Shown here one piece after another: positions 52,695 through 61,684 of a DNA stretch of 64,000 nucleotides (positions are counted from its first letter, which is position 1; every line of letters starts with the position of its first letter). Location of the stretch: contig JBHIAV010000005.1 of the NCBI GenBank assembly GCA_046758745.1, positions 40,778 to 104,777 of the forward strand, given 5' to 3'. This DNA comes from Gemmatimonadota bacterium. GTDB taxonomy: Bacteria; Gemmatimonadota; Gemmatimonadetes; Palauibacterales; Palauibacteraceae. The notes below the pieces were generated by a model. It did no database searches. It saw only the letters and a program-made list of their open reading frames with translations, and was not told the DNA's origin. Both the position numbers and the translations under genes were made by a program.

Positions 52695-54803
52695 TCAGGA
52701 CTTCTCCTCGCCGCTCTCGCCTGCGGCCGTGCCGGCCTCGTCCGTGGCCTCGGCCCCGCCGGCCTCGGGAGGGGCCTCCGCCACCTCTGCCTCGGGAGCC
52801 ACCTCGATCACCTCCGCCTCGGGAGGGGCTTCGGCTTCTTCCTCCTCGGGAGCCGCTTCCGCCGCCTCCGCCTCGGGAGCCGCCTCGACGGCCTCCGCCT
52901 CGGGAGCCGCTTCCGCCGCCTCCGCCTCGGGAGGGGCCTCCGCCGCCTCTGCCTCGGGAGCCGCCTCGACGGCCTCCGCCTCGGGAGGGGCCTCCGTGGA
53001 GGGTTTCGCCTCGGCGGCCCGCTCCTCCACTCCCGGCTCGCCGACCACCGAGAGCACGATCCGCCGATTGATCGGATCGGATTCCAGCACTTTGAGATCG
53101 AGACGGTCTCCCTCGACGTAGCGCTCCGAGGGCTCCTGCACGCCCTCGCCCAGCTGGCTCACCGGGACGAAGCCCTCGACATCTTCACCCAGGTCCACCA
53201 CCACCCCCTTGTCGAGCAGTCGTACGACCGTGCCGGGCGTCTCCTTGCCGGGCTCGTACTTCTTTGCCAGCTCGTACCAGGGATCGTCCTCGACCTGCTT
53301 GATCCCCAGCGAGATTCGCTTCTGCTCAGCGTCGATGTTCAGCACCACCACTTCGACCTCTTCTCCCTTGCGGACGACCTCCGACGGGTGCTGGACCCGC
53401 CGCGTCCAGCTCATGTCGGAGATATGGACGAGCCCGTCGATGCCGGGCTCGACCTCGACGAACGCTCCGAAAGAGGTGAGGTTGCGCACTACGCCACGGA
53501 TCTTCGTGCCCGGCGGGTACTTCGACGGAAGGGCGAGCCAGGGATCCTCCTCCGTCTGCTTCATGCCGAGCGAGATCTTCTTCTCTTCCTCGTCCACCCG
53601 GAGCACAACGCACTCCACCTCCTGGCCGATCGAGACGAGTTGAGAGGGATGCCTCACATTGCGAGTCCAGCTCATCTCCGAGATGTGCACCAGGCCTTCG
53701 ACGCCCTTCTCGAGCTCCACGAAAGCCCCGTAGTTCGTGATCGACACGACGCGGCCGCGCACCCGGCTACCAACGGGATATTTCGCGGCCACGTCCTCCC
53801 ACGGGTACGTCTGGAGCTGCTTGAGACCGAGCGAGATCCGCTCTCGGTCCCAATCGATGTCGAGCACCTTCACCTCGAGCTCGTCGCCGATGTTGCACAC
53901 CTCGGACGGGTGCCCGATCCGACCCCAGGACATATCCGTGATGTGAAGGAGACCATCCATGCCGCCAAGGTCGATGAAGGCACCGAAGTCGGTGATGTTC
54001 TTCACCACGCCCGTGCGCACCTGACCGACCTCGAGGACCTTCTTCAGCTCCTCCCGCTTCTTCGCCCGCTCCTCCTCCAGGATGACCCGACGGCTCACGA
54101 CGATGTTGCGCCGGCGCTTGTTCAGCTTGAGGATCTTGAACTCGTAGGTGTTGCCAATGAGCTCGTCGATGTTCGGCACGCGGCGCAGGCCGATCTGAGA
54201 GCCGGGGAGGAATGCGTCCACGCCCATCAGGTCCACCGTCAGACCACCCTTGATCTTCCTCTTCAGCGTGCCTGGGACAGTGCGCCCGTTGTCGTACGCG
54301 TCCTTGATCTTCTCCCACACGCGGAGGAAGTCGGCCTTCTTCTTGGAAAGGACGACCACACCCTCCTGATCCTCCAAACTCTCGAGGAAGACGTCGACCT
54401 CGTCGCCCGGCTCGAGCGATTCTGGGTCCCGGAACTCCTCCAGAGGGACCGCCCCTTCGGACTTGAACCCCACGTCCAGAATGACGGCGTTGTCGGTCAG
54501 CCGGAGGACGCGCGCCTTCACGATCTCGCCCTCGGCGATCTCGCTCAGGGTGTCCTCGTACATCGCCATCATCTCCTTGTACTCGTCCGGCGTGTACTCC
54601 TCCGTCTCGAACGGGTCGGCTTCCTCGTCCATCGGCTCGCCATCGACGGCGGCGGCTTCCCCGGTTCCTCCCGACCCGGTCGCGGATTCCGGCTGAGTCA
54701 TCGCCTCGCCGTCCGCGGCAGAGATGGCCTCGACGGCGGAGCCCGCCTGGGGGTCGATCTCGGTGCCGGGAGCGGAGCTTTCTTCGGTGCGGTCGTCAGT
54801 CAT
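52695..54803 (-). CDS. rpsA: 30S ribosomal protein S1 with acidic N- and C-terminal extensions
   Basis: Six S1 repeats (DVGFKSEG, AFLPGSQI, DFGAFIDLGG.DGLLHITD, YGAFVE...EGLVHISEMSW). Confidence 0.97.
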   Translation of the reverse strand: MTDDRTEESSAPGTEIDPQAGSAVEAISAADGEAMTQPESATGSGGTGEAAAVDGEPMDEEADPFETEEYTPDEYKEMMAMYEDTLSEIAEGEIVKARVLRLTDNAVILDVGFKSEGAVPLEEFRDPESLEPGDEVDVFLESLEDQEGVVVLSKKKADFLRVWEKIKDAYDNGRTVPGTLKRKIKGGLTVDLMGVDAFLPGSQIGLRRVPNIDELIGNTYEFKILKLNKRRRNIVVSRRVILEEERAKKREELKKVLEVGQVRTGVVKNITDFGAFIDLGGMDGLLHITDMSWGRIGHPSEVCNIGDELEVKVLDIDWDRERISLGLKQLQTYPWEDVAAKYPVGSRVRGRVVSITNYGAFVELEKGVEGLVHISEMSWTRNVRHPSQLVSIGQEVECVVLRVDEEEKKISLGMKQTEEDPWLALPSKYPPGTKIRGVVRNLTSFGAFVEVEPGIDGLVHISDMSWTRRVQHPSEVVRKGEEVEVVVLNIDAEQKRISLGIKQVEDDPWYELAKKYEPGKETPGTVVRLLDKGVVVDLGEDVEGFVPVSQLGEGVQEPSERYVEGDRLDLKVLESDPINRRIVLSVVGEPGVEERAAEAKPSTEAPPEAEAVEAAPEAEAAEAPPEAEAAEAAPEAEAVEAAPEAEAAEAAPEEEEAEAPPEAEVIEVAPEAEVAEAPPEAGGAEATDEAGTAAGESGEEKS
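52725..52994 (-). repeat. 27-nt tandem repeat (~10 degenerate copies) encoding EA(A/P)PEAEA(A/V) in the rpsA tail
   Basis: EAPPEAEAV EAAPEAEAA EAPPEAEAA EAAPEAEAV EAAPEAEAA EAAPEEEEA EAPPEAEVI EVAPEAEVA EAPPEAGGA EATDEAGTA. Confidence 0.9.
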
Positions 54804-54956
54804 GGGTTGTCGGTCCTCGATCGAGCCGCGCGCCGTCTGGCGCTCTCCCGAAAAACGAGCGGCCGGGGCCGAGCCTGGCTCGGCCTCCCAGCCGTTGGAT
54901 CGATCGGCGCGACGCTCGGGCTAAGGGTAACGTGAAAGTCCCTAGAGCACAGCAAG

Positions 54957-55655
54957 CTAGGGAGATGGGTCGGGATCGTCAACCGTCGAACGAGCGCGCT
55001 CTCGGGCCAGCTCCACGATCCGCACCACCACCTCTTCCGGCGTCGACGCCGTGGTGTCGATCAGTACGGCGTCCTCCGCCTGCCGCAGCGGAGAGTGCGC
55101 TCGGCTGGAGTCCGCATCGTCCCTCGCCCGCAGCCTCGCCGCTTCCGCGGCGACCGCGTCCCGCGTGGCCGTCTGGCCTCGCTGGAGCAGCCGGCGGCGG
55201 CCTCGCTCCCCTGCCTGTGCCGTCAGATACACCTTCAGCTCCGCGCTTGGGAAGACGACCGTGCCGATGTCCCGACCGTCGCACACCACACCCCCGCCCG
55301 AGCCAGCCGACCTCAGGATCCCCCCGGCGCGCCGCCGCACCTCGGGACGAGCCGCCACCTCCGAGACCCGCTCCGTCACCTCTGGTGAAGCCAGCTCGGC
55401 CCCGGGCTCCTCGCCGCCCACCGTAACCCGCATCTCCGGCGAGCCGATCTCCACCGACAGGTCCAGGCGCTCGAGCTCCGCGGCGAAGCGCGCCTCGTCG
55501 TCGATCCAGCCACCCCGGAGGGCCGCCCACGTGATCGCCCGGTAGAGAAGCCCGGAATTGAGGTGGCAGTAGCCCAGACGTTCCGCGACCGCCCGCGCCG
55601 ACGTGCTCTTGCCGGAGGCCGCCGGCCCGTCAATCGCGACGATAATCGGCTTCAC
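54957..55655 (-). CDS. cmk: Cytidylate kinase
   Basis: IDGPAASGKST, SGLLYRA, DGRDIGTVVFP, RD..D..R..SPL. Confidence 0.96.
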   Translation of the reverse strand: MKPIIVAIDGPAASGKSTSARAVAERLGYCHLNSGLLYRAITWAALRGGWIDDEARFAAELERLDLSVEIGSPEMRVTVGGEEPGAELASPEVTERVSEVAARPEVRRRAGGILRSAGSGGGVVCDGRDIGTVVFPSAELKVYLTAQAGERGRRRLLQRGQTATRDAVAAEAARLRARDDADSSRAHSPLRQAEDAVLIDTTASTPEEVVVRIVELARERARSTVDDPDPSP

Positions 55656-55668
55656 CGTTCCGAGGACG

Positions 55669-57030
55669 TCACGCCGTGCGCGGCGGGAACACGCGGTCCA
55701 GGTCTTCCCAGAATCCGGGATAGGAAACGGTCACGCAGCCCACGTCGTCGATCCGGATAAGGCAATCCGGGCGGCGCGCCAGCACCCCGAACGCCATGGC
55801 GAGGCGGTGGTCCCCTCCCGTCCGTACTTCTCCGCGCAGCGCACGGTTCGTCCCCTCGATTTCCAGTCCATCTGGGAGCTCCCGGCACACTACACCGAGA
55901 GCCGACAAGTTGGAGGCGAGCAGCGCAAGGCGATCGCTCTCCTTGACGCGCAGCTCGGACGCCCCGCGGACCACCGATGTGCCGCGCGCCCGGGACGCGA
56001 GGACGGCCAGCACGGGGATCTCATCGAGCAGCCACGGAATCCGGCTCGCGCTGATGTCGAGGGGACCGAGGTCGGAGGGGCACGCCCACAGCTCGCCGAC
56101 CGGCTCTCCGCACTCCTCGCCCGTCCTCCGAACCTCGATGGCGGCACCCATCTCCTCCAGAACATCCAGAAAAGCTACGCGCGTAGGGTTCAACGCGACC
56201 TCTCGAATCCGCGTCTCTTCGCCTCCGAGCAGCGACGCGGCGATGAGAAAGGCGGCAGAGGAGGGATCGCCCGGAACTTCGAGCGTGAACGGACGGAGTC
56301 GACCCGACCAGCCGTCCGGCTCGAGCACGACTCGCCACGCGGCCCGCCCGCTCCCGGGCACATCCCCTCCGGGAGGCGCCGAACCGCTGGAGCCGGTCCC
56401 CGCTCCTTCCCCACTCTCCTCCGCACCGAAACGGACCGGCGCCCCGAGGTGCAGGAGGAGACGCTCGGTGTGATCGCGCGATCGGTAGGGCTCGACGACC
56501 TCGACCCGAGTTCGCGAGGCGAGCCCCGCCAGCAGAAGGGAGGATTTCACCTGCGCGCTCGCCACGCGTGTCCGATGCCGCAGAGGACGCAGGGCACCGC
56601 TGGAGCGCCGTTCGATGCGGATCGGGAGCGCATCGGGACGCTCCAGGTACCGGATCCGAGCCCCCATCGCCTGCAGGGGGTACACGACTCGGTCCATCGG
56701 GCGGCGGCGCAGGGAGGCGTCCCCATCCACCTCCGCCTCCACGCCAACACCCGCGATGAGGCCGGTAAGCAGTCGGGCCGAGGTGCCGCTGTTCGCGCAG
56801 TCGAGCCGCCTGCGCGCATCCTCCCATCCGACCGGACCGCGAACCTCCGTCCCGCCGCCCGGTCCGGCGATGATCTTCGCTCCCAGGCCGCGAAGCGCGC
56901 CCATCGTCGCCTGAACGTCCAGCGAATCCGGGAGCCCGCGAAGGTGGGATGTCCCTCCAGCGAGGCAAGACAGGATGAGGGCCCGGTGGGTGATCGACTT
57001 GTCGCCCGGTACGCGCAGCTCGATCGTCAC
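55669..57030 (-). CDS. aroA: 3-phosphoshikimate 1-carboxyvinyltransferase
   Basis: PGDKSITHR, NSGT, GDASL..RPM, ASAQVKS, RDHTE, GDPSSA, KESDR, DHRLAM. Confidence 0.96.
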   Translation of the reverse strand: MTIELRVPGDKSITHRALILSCLAGGTSHLRGLPDSLDVQATMGALRGLGAKIIAGPGGGTEVRGPVGWEDARRRLDCANSGTSARLLTGLIAGVGVEAEVDGDASLRRRPMDRVVYPLQAMGARIRYLERPDALPIRIERRSSGALRPLRHRTRVASAQVKSSLLLAGLASRTRVEVVEPYRSRDHTERLLLHLGAPVRFGAEESGEGAGTGSSGSAPPGGDVPGSGRAAWRVVLEPDGWSGRLRPFTLEVPGDPSSAAFLIAASLLGGEETRIREVALNPTRVAFLDVLEEMGAAIEVRRTGEECGEPVGELWACPSDLGPLDISASRIPWLLDEIPVLAVLASRARGTSVVRGASELRVKESDRLALLASNLSALGVVCRELPDGLEIEGTNRALRGEVRTGGDHRLAMAFGVLARRPDCLIRIDDVGCVTVSYPGFWEDLDRVFPPRTA

Positions 57031-57962
57031 CGATCACGTTTCCGCGAGGCGTCCGCGTAGAACACCTCGATCACGTCGCCGTCCTCAGCCACCGTGCAGG
57101 CCGGGAAGACAGCGGCCGCCTCGCGGCGGAGCCGGCGCGGCTGCTCGGAGTAGCGGGCGCTCAGGTGCGTGAGCACGAGTGAGCGAACCCGAGCGCGGGT
57201 GGCGATCTCGGCCGCCTGACGCGCGGTCGAGTGGCGCGTCTCGCGGGCACGACCCCGCTCTTCCTCCCCGAACGTCGCCTCGTGCACGAGCAGGTCGGCG
57301 CCGGCGGCAATTTCCACCGTGCTCTCCGCTGGCCGGGTATCGCCGGTGTACACCACGGCCCGCCCGGGCCGGGGCGGGCCCACCACCTCTTCGGGTTGAA
57401 CGATCCGGCCGTCGGCCAGCCGAACCGGTTCCCCACGATGCAGCCGTCCGAAGTCCGGTCCTTCGGGGACGCCGAGTGCGCGTGCTCTCTCGACATCGAA
57501 CCGGCCGAGCCTTTGCCGCTCGAGCAGGGCATATCCGACCGAGGACGCGGTATGCTCCGTGGGGAAAGCCTGAATGCGGTAATCTCCGTAGCACACGGAC
57601 TCGCCGGGCGGGAGCTCGCGGATGTCGACCGGAAACAGAACACGGTCACCCCCCAACCGGACGGCTTCCTCCAGTGTCTCGCGGCCTCCAGGCGGTCCCC
57701 ACACACCGAGCGGCTCCTGTCTACCCTGCAGGCCCAAGGTACGCACCAGCCCGATGATCCCAAGGTAGTGATCGGAGTGCAGGTGGGTGATAAAGATGTC
57801 GCGCACGCCGAATCCGACGCCGTAGCGCATCATCTGGCGCTGGGTGCCCTCGCCGCAGTCCAACAGAAAGAGGTCGCCCTCCCGCTGCAGCGCGATGCAC
57901 GAGACGTTGCGGGTGACCGTCGGGCGGGAGGAGGCCGTGCCGAGGAAGGTGAGTCGCAGCAA
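57027..57962 (-). CDS. rnz: Ribonuclease Z
   Basis: FLGT...P, DCGEGTQRQ, THLHSDH, exosite GVPEGP, GDT, HEAT, HST, THLSARY. Confidence 0.95.
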   Translation of the reverse strand: MLRLTFLGTASSRPTVTRNVSCIALQREGDLFLLDCGEGTQRQMMRYGVGFGVRDIFITHLHSDHYLGIIGLVRTLGLQGRQEPLGVWGPPGGRETLEEAVRLGGDRVLFPVDIRELPPGESVCYGDYRIQAFPTEHTASSVGYALLERQRLGRFDVERARALGVPEGPDFGRLHRGEPVRLADGRIVQPEEVVGPPRPGRAVVYTGDTRPAESTVEIAAGADLLVHEATFGEEERGRARETRHSTARQAAEIATRARVRSLVLTHLSARYSEQPRRLRREAAAVFPACTVAEDGDVIEVFYADASRKRDR

Positions 57963-58001
57963 GGCTAGCTTGTCCAGCCCCGGACGTCAGATTCGAGGAC
58001 C

Positions 58002-58373
58002 GTGACGAGCCGGCCCATCGCCGGGCGAGCAGTCTCCGGCGCCCTGTCCCGTGGCCGGCGCCTGGCCGCAACCTCCGCGGCCCGATGCTCGCTCCGGCCT
58101 CCGCGCGTGTGGGGAACCGCAGCCGCCTTTGCGACGGCCGTCCTTCTCGCGGCGATCGCGAGGCGCATCGCTTCGCCCCACCGCGGCATGCTCTCCAACG
58201 CCGCATCCATCTGCGCCAGCGGGCCTCCCTTCCCGGTGCGGGCGGCCGTGCCCGCCGCGGCCAAGGTATCGCGGGGAATCCGCGCGTCAAATGCCGCTCG
58301 GCGCGCGCCGGGACCCACGTTGCCGGAGCGGCCGGTCGGCGGCACGATACCTGCCTCCGGCGAGGGGAAATGA
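58002..58373 (+). CDS. Possible small hypothetical protein
   Basis: One hydrophobic stretch, and its TGA overlaps the next ATG (ATGA). Otherwise unsupported. Confidence 0.25.
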   Translation: MTSRPIAGRAVSGALSRGRRLAATSAARCSLRPPRVWGTAAAFATAVLLAAIARRIASPHRGMLSNAASICASGPPFPVRAAVPAAAKVSRGIRASNAARRAPGPTLPERPVGGTIPASGEGK

Positions 58374-59485
58374 GCGAAGAGAAGCCGGGCGACGGTTACA
58401 CCCTGCTCCGAACATTCGGGGCTCTGAAGGCGCAGCTTCGGGAGCTGCGGCGGCGCTGGCGGACCTTCGGCCGTGACCCGGGTCCTCGGACCCTGGCTGC
58501 GCTCGGCCGTGCCGCAGCTTCGGTCTCCGCCCGCCTCGCCGAGCTGGAGCGTCTCCTGCCCGAGCGAGTGGGAAACAGATCCGAAGAGCGGGTGGAGGGA
58601 AGAGGCCTTCGGCGAACGAGGGAGGCCGAACCGTCCGGGCAGAAGCGACCCCCGTCCGGCCGCGAGACCGTGGAAGCCAGCCGCCGCCTCGACCGGCTCG
58701 TGTGGGAGGCGGGCGGCGCGTGGCATTCGTTCCGGCGCGGGCGCGAAGTCCGTGATCTCTTCCGGGTGGAGGAGAGGCTCACGCTCGCCCTGGAGGAGGC
58801 GGAGACGCTTGCCGCAGCGATCGCATCCGCCGCCCCGCCCCCCTCCCCCACCGCCGAGGCGACGCCGGAGCTGGGTCAGGTTCTTGAGGCGATGTTGTGG
58901 CGAATCGCCTCCACCTGGCAACACCTGCGGCGCCATCCCTCGCACGATCGGATCGCCGTGCTGCGCGACGAGATCGCCGAAGCGCTGCGGGTCGCGCGGT
59001 CGCTCCTGGCAGCCCCGCGATCCGGGAACGGCACGGTCATCAGCGAGCCGCCGAGCGACGTCCTTGTAAGCCACGCCACGTATCGAGACCCGGCCACCGG
59101 CATGTACGATCGGGAGGGCTTCGATGCGACGGCCGGCGCCGAGCTCAAGCGGTGCCGCCGCTACGGACGCCCGTTCGGTCTGCTCCTCCTGCGGCTCGCA
59201 CCGAGCGGGTTGGAGGATCTTCGCCGACGCCTCCGTGTGGTCAACGCCGAACTGCGGGAGTACGACATCCTCGCCCGCCACGCAGACCGCAACGTGGTGG
59301 TCGGCCTTCCCGAGAGCGGGAGCGAGCAGACACGCCTTGTCGGCCGACGAATCGAGGCGGCGCTTCGAGCGGTCGGGAGGTGGGGAGCCGAGGACCGGTG
59401 GGCCGCGGCCTGCCTCCCGGACGACGGATCCTCGCTCTCTGCGCTGACATGGGCCGCATCCGCGCGACTCGACGAAGACGCCTGA
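58370..59485 (+). CDS. Degenerate GGDEF-domain protein with three N-terminal helical repeats
   Basis: RDPATGMYDREGF..., RYGRPFGLLLL, LREYDILARHADRN (RxxD kept, GGDEF lost). GAGGGG RBS before ATG 58370. Confidence 0.8.
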   Translation: MSEEKPGDGYTLLRTFGALKAQLRELRRRWRTFGRDPGPRTLAALGRAAASVSARLAELERLLPERVGNRSEERVEGRGLRRTREAEPSGQKRPPSGRETVEASRRLDRLVWEAGGAWHSFRRGREVRDLFRVEERLTLALEEAETLAAAIASAAPPPSPTAEATPELGQVLEAMLWRIASTWQHLRRHPSHDRIAVLRDEIAEALRVARSLLAAPRSGNGTVISEPPSDVLVSHATYRDPATGMYDREGFDATAGAELKRCRRYGRPFGLLLLRLAPSGLEDLRRRLRVVNAELREYDILARHADRNVVVGLPESGSEQTRLVGRRIEAALRAVGRWGAEDRWAAACLPDDGSSLSALTWAASARLDEDA

Positions 59486-59618
59486 GGCCGCGTCCGGCGA
59501 TCACGGCGGGGCCGTGTCGCCCGCCTCGGGCTCCCGTCGCCCTGCCTCGGGCTCCCATCACCCCGCCGCGCGGCGCATCAGGCACATGGGCGCCGACCCT
59601 GCCACCTTGAAGCGCCGG

Positions 59619-60071
59619 TCATTCCCCAGCCCGCCCGCGCCCCCGGGACCAGACGACCGCGAGGCTGGTCTCATCCGTCCGTCCGGCGTCTCCGTCCGGA
59701 ACCGAAAAACGCTCGAAGGGTCCCTCGAGGCTCGTGAAGAGAAGCTCACCGAGCCAGGCGGCCGCTACTCCCTCCGTCCACACGGGACCCGTGCTCTGCA
59801 CAAGCCACTCTCTCCCATCGGGAGCCTGGAAGCGCCGCTCGGTGCGCGTGAGCCGGGCTCCGTTCCGGTACAGCTGCGTCAGTCTGTCGTCGGGAAGCTC
59901 CGAGAGGCTCTCCCCCGGACCGAGGAGTGCGCGACGGTCCTCGGTCCCATCACCCTTCCCCTCGACCGGGTGCAAGTAGCAGAGACCGTGTCCTCCCCGT
60001 CCGCGCCACGCCTCACACGCCCGTATGGTCCGACCATCGATCGTCAGGATCCGTTCCGCTCGGTCAGGCAT
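59619..60071 (-). CDS. Hypothetical protein with an internal tandem domain duplication
   Basis: ATG 60071 with GGAG RBS overlaps the E1-alpha end; two similar halves. Confidence 0.65.
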   Translation of the reverse strand: MPDRAERILTIDGRTIRACEAWRGRGGHGLCYLHPVEGKGDGTEDRRALLGPGESLSELPDDRLTQLYRNGARLTRTERRFQAPDGREWLVQSTGPVWTEGVAAAWLGELLFTSLEGPFERFSVPDGDAGRTDETSLAVVWSRGRGRAGE

Positions 60072-61197
60072 ATACTCCGGCTTCCGCGTCCGTCTCGGGG
60101 TCGGGCATTCGGCGCCGTCGGCTCTCCAGCGCATCCTCGGCGGCTCGTTCCACCTCGGCGATGACCTCGGACTCCACGCTCGCCACACAGGCGCGGTTCC
60201 TCTCCTCGCGCGATGCGCCGGCCTCCTCCCCCAGCTCGAACGGACGCCGGACCAGGTACTCTTCGTACAGGCCGATCGGGTCCCGGCGCCCCCACCGTGC
60301 GAAGAGCTCCGGCGCGAAGGTCTGCCGCGCCTCCTGCTCGTCGTGGGTCGCATGGCCGCCCATGCGGAAGGTCTCGGCCGCCAGGAAGATGGGACCTTCG
60401 CCGGCGCGACACTTCCGGACGGCGAGCACGGCGGCAGCGTGCACGTCGAGCACGTTGTTGCCATCCACCGGGAGGAGAGGCACGCCGTACGCCTTGCCCC
60501 ACTCGCCGAAGTCGGCAGCGCGATGGTGCTGGTCGAACCGGGTACCGAGGGCAACCTGGTTGTTCTGCAGCACGAAGACGATCGGCAGGCGCATCACGGC
60601 CGCGAAGTTGAGCGCCTCGTGCGACTCCCCATGCTTCGTGGCGCCGTCCCCCATCCAGGTCAGCGCGACTCGCGCCTGGCGCCCGTACTTGAACGCGAGG
60701 GCGAACCCGTTCATGACAGTGGCCAGGGCCCCGACCATGCTGATCGGCGCCACGACGCCGCAGCGCAGGTCACCGATGTGCAGGTCGCGGCCACGGGTGG
60801 GAGAGTCCCCGGTCGCCAGGTAGGCGCGGAGCATGTCGGCGATCGACATGCCCATTTCATGGCACGCCCCGGCGTTGCGGATCATCGGTCCGACCACGTC
60901 CCCCTGCGCTCCGCGGCGTAAGGCGTGCACCGCCCCGACCGTCACGGCCTCCTCTCCGGTCCCCAGCCACGCCTTCGAGATCACACCCTGCTTGACCCAC
61001 CTCTTAAGAGCGATGTCGTGCAGCCGGAAACGCAGGAGTCCCCGGTAGAGGTCGAGGAGGCGCTCCGGCCCAAGGCTCTCGACGACCTCCCGGCGCCGCG
61101 AATCCTCCCGCAGCCGCGCCTCATACTCCTCCACCAGCTCGGGTCGCGGAGACCAATCCACGTATTCGGGCGGATCGAACGCCGGGTATCTCTTCAC
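60064..61197 (-). CDS. Thiamine-diphosphate-dependent 2-oxoacid dehydrogenase E1 alpha subunit
   Basis: GEEA, ThDP motif GDGA...EALNFA...LPIVFVLQNN, VDGNN, FRMGGH..HD, DPI. GAGGAG RBS. Confidence 0.92.
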   Translation of the reverse strand: MKRYPAFDPPEYVDWSPRPELVEEYEARLREDSRRREVVESLGPERLLDLYRGLLRFRLHDIALKRWVKQGVISKAWLGTGEEAVTVGAVHALRRGAQGDVVGPMIRNAGACHEMGMSIADMLRAYLATGDSPTRGRDLHIGDLRCGVVAPISMVGALATVMNGFALAFKYGRQARVALTWMGDGATKHGESHEALNFAAVMRLPIVFVLQNNQVALGTRFDQHHRAADFGEWGKAYGVPLLPVDGNNVLDVHAAAVLAVRKCRAGEGPIFLAAETFRMGGHATHDEQEARQTFAPELFARWGRRDPIGLYEEYLVRRPFELGEEAGASREERNRACVASVESEVIAEVERAAEDALESRRRRMPDPETDAEAGVYA

Positions 61198-61510
61198 GCT
61201 CTCCTCGCGGTCCGCTCACGGCCGATGCCGGGTATTATCCTACGGTTGCTGGTCGAGGGGGGCCAGCGACCGGCGAGACGCTTTGAGGCGGCGATGGACG
61301 AGGTCCCTCGCGGCCTTCACGCTGGTGGGGAGGCACTTTCTCAGCGGCCACCGTGGCGGTCGGGCTGGCGCTGCTCGTGCGCTGGATCGGACACGACCGC
61401 GCGGGCTCCCGCGTGGGGGAGAAGCCGCGGTGGGGAGCGGTCGACGCGGCGAAACGCGAAGCGGCGGGTGGAGGCATCGGAGAGTGAGCCCCCAACCGAG
61501 AGATCGGAGC

Positions 61511-61684
61511 ATGAAGACCTGCAGGGAGTGCGATGCGATGATCCCGGACCACAGTCACCGTTGCCCGCACTGTCGAGAGCGGCAGCGGCGGGGAGAGCGC
61601 GTCCCGCAGCTGGTACTTGTGGGAGCGGCGCTGGCGGCGGCGGTGGCGGTGCTTGTCGAGAACTGCCCGGGCACGCACCTATGA
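61511..61684 (+). CDS. Small zinc-ribbon protein with C-terminal TM (57 aa)
   Basis: GGAG RBS; MKTCRECDAMIPDHSHRCPHC followed by a hydrophobic helix. Confidence 0.65.
   Translation: MKTCRECDAMIPDHSHRCPHCRERQRRGERVPQLVLVGAALAAAVAVLVENCPGTHL

Noticed and set aside
52725..52994. CRISPR-like appearance of the repeat array
   Set aside because: The units are contiguous, in-frame coding and have no unique spacers; no cas genes are present.
61283..61510. N-terminal extension or separate ORF upstream of the small zinc-ribbon gene
   Set aside because: No RBS or motif. The ATG at 61511 has a clear GGAG and directly precedes the CxxC.
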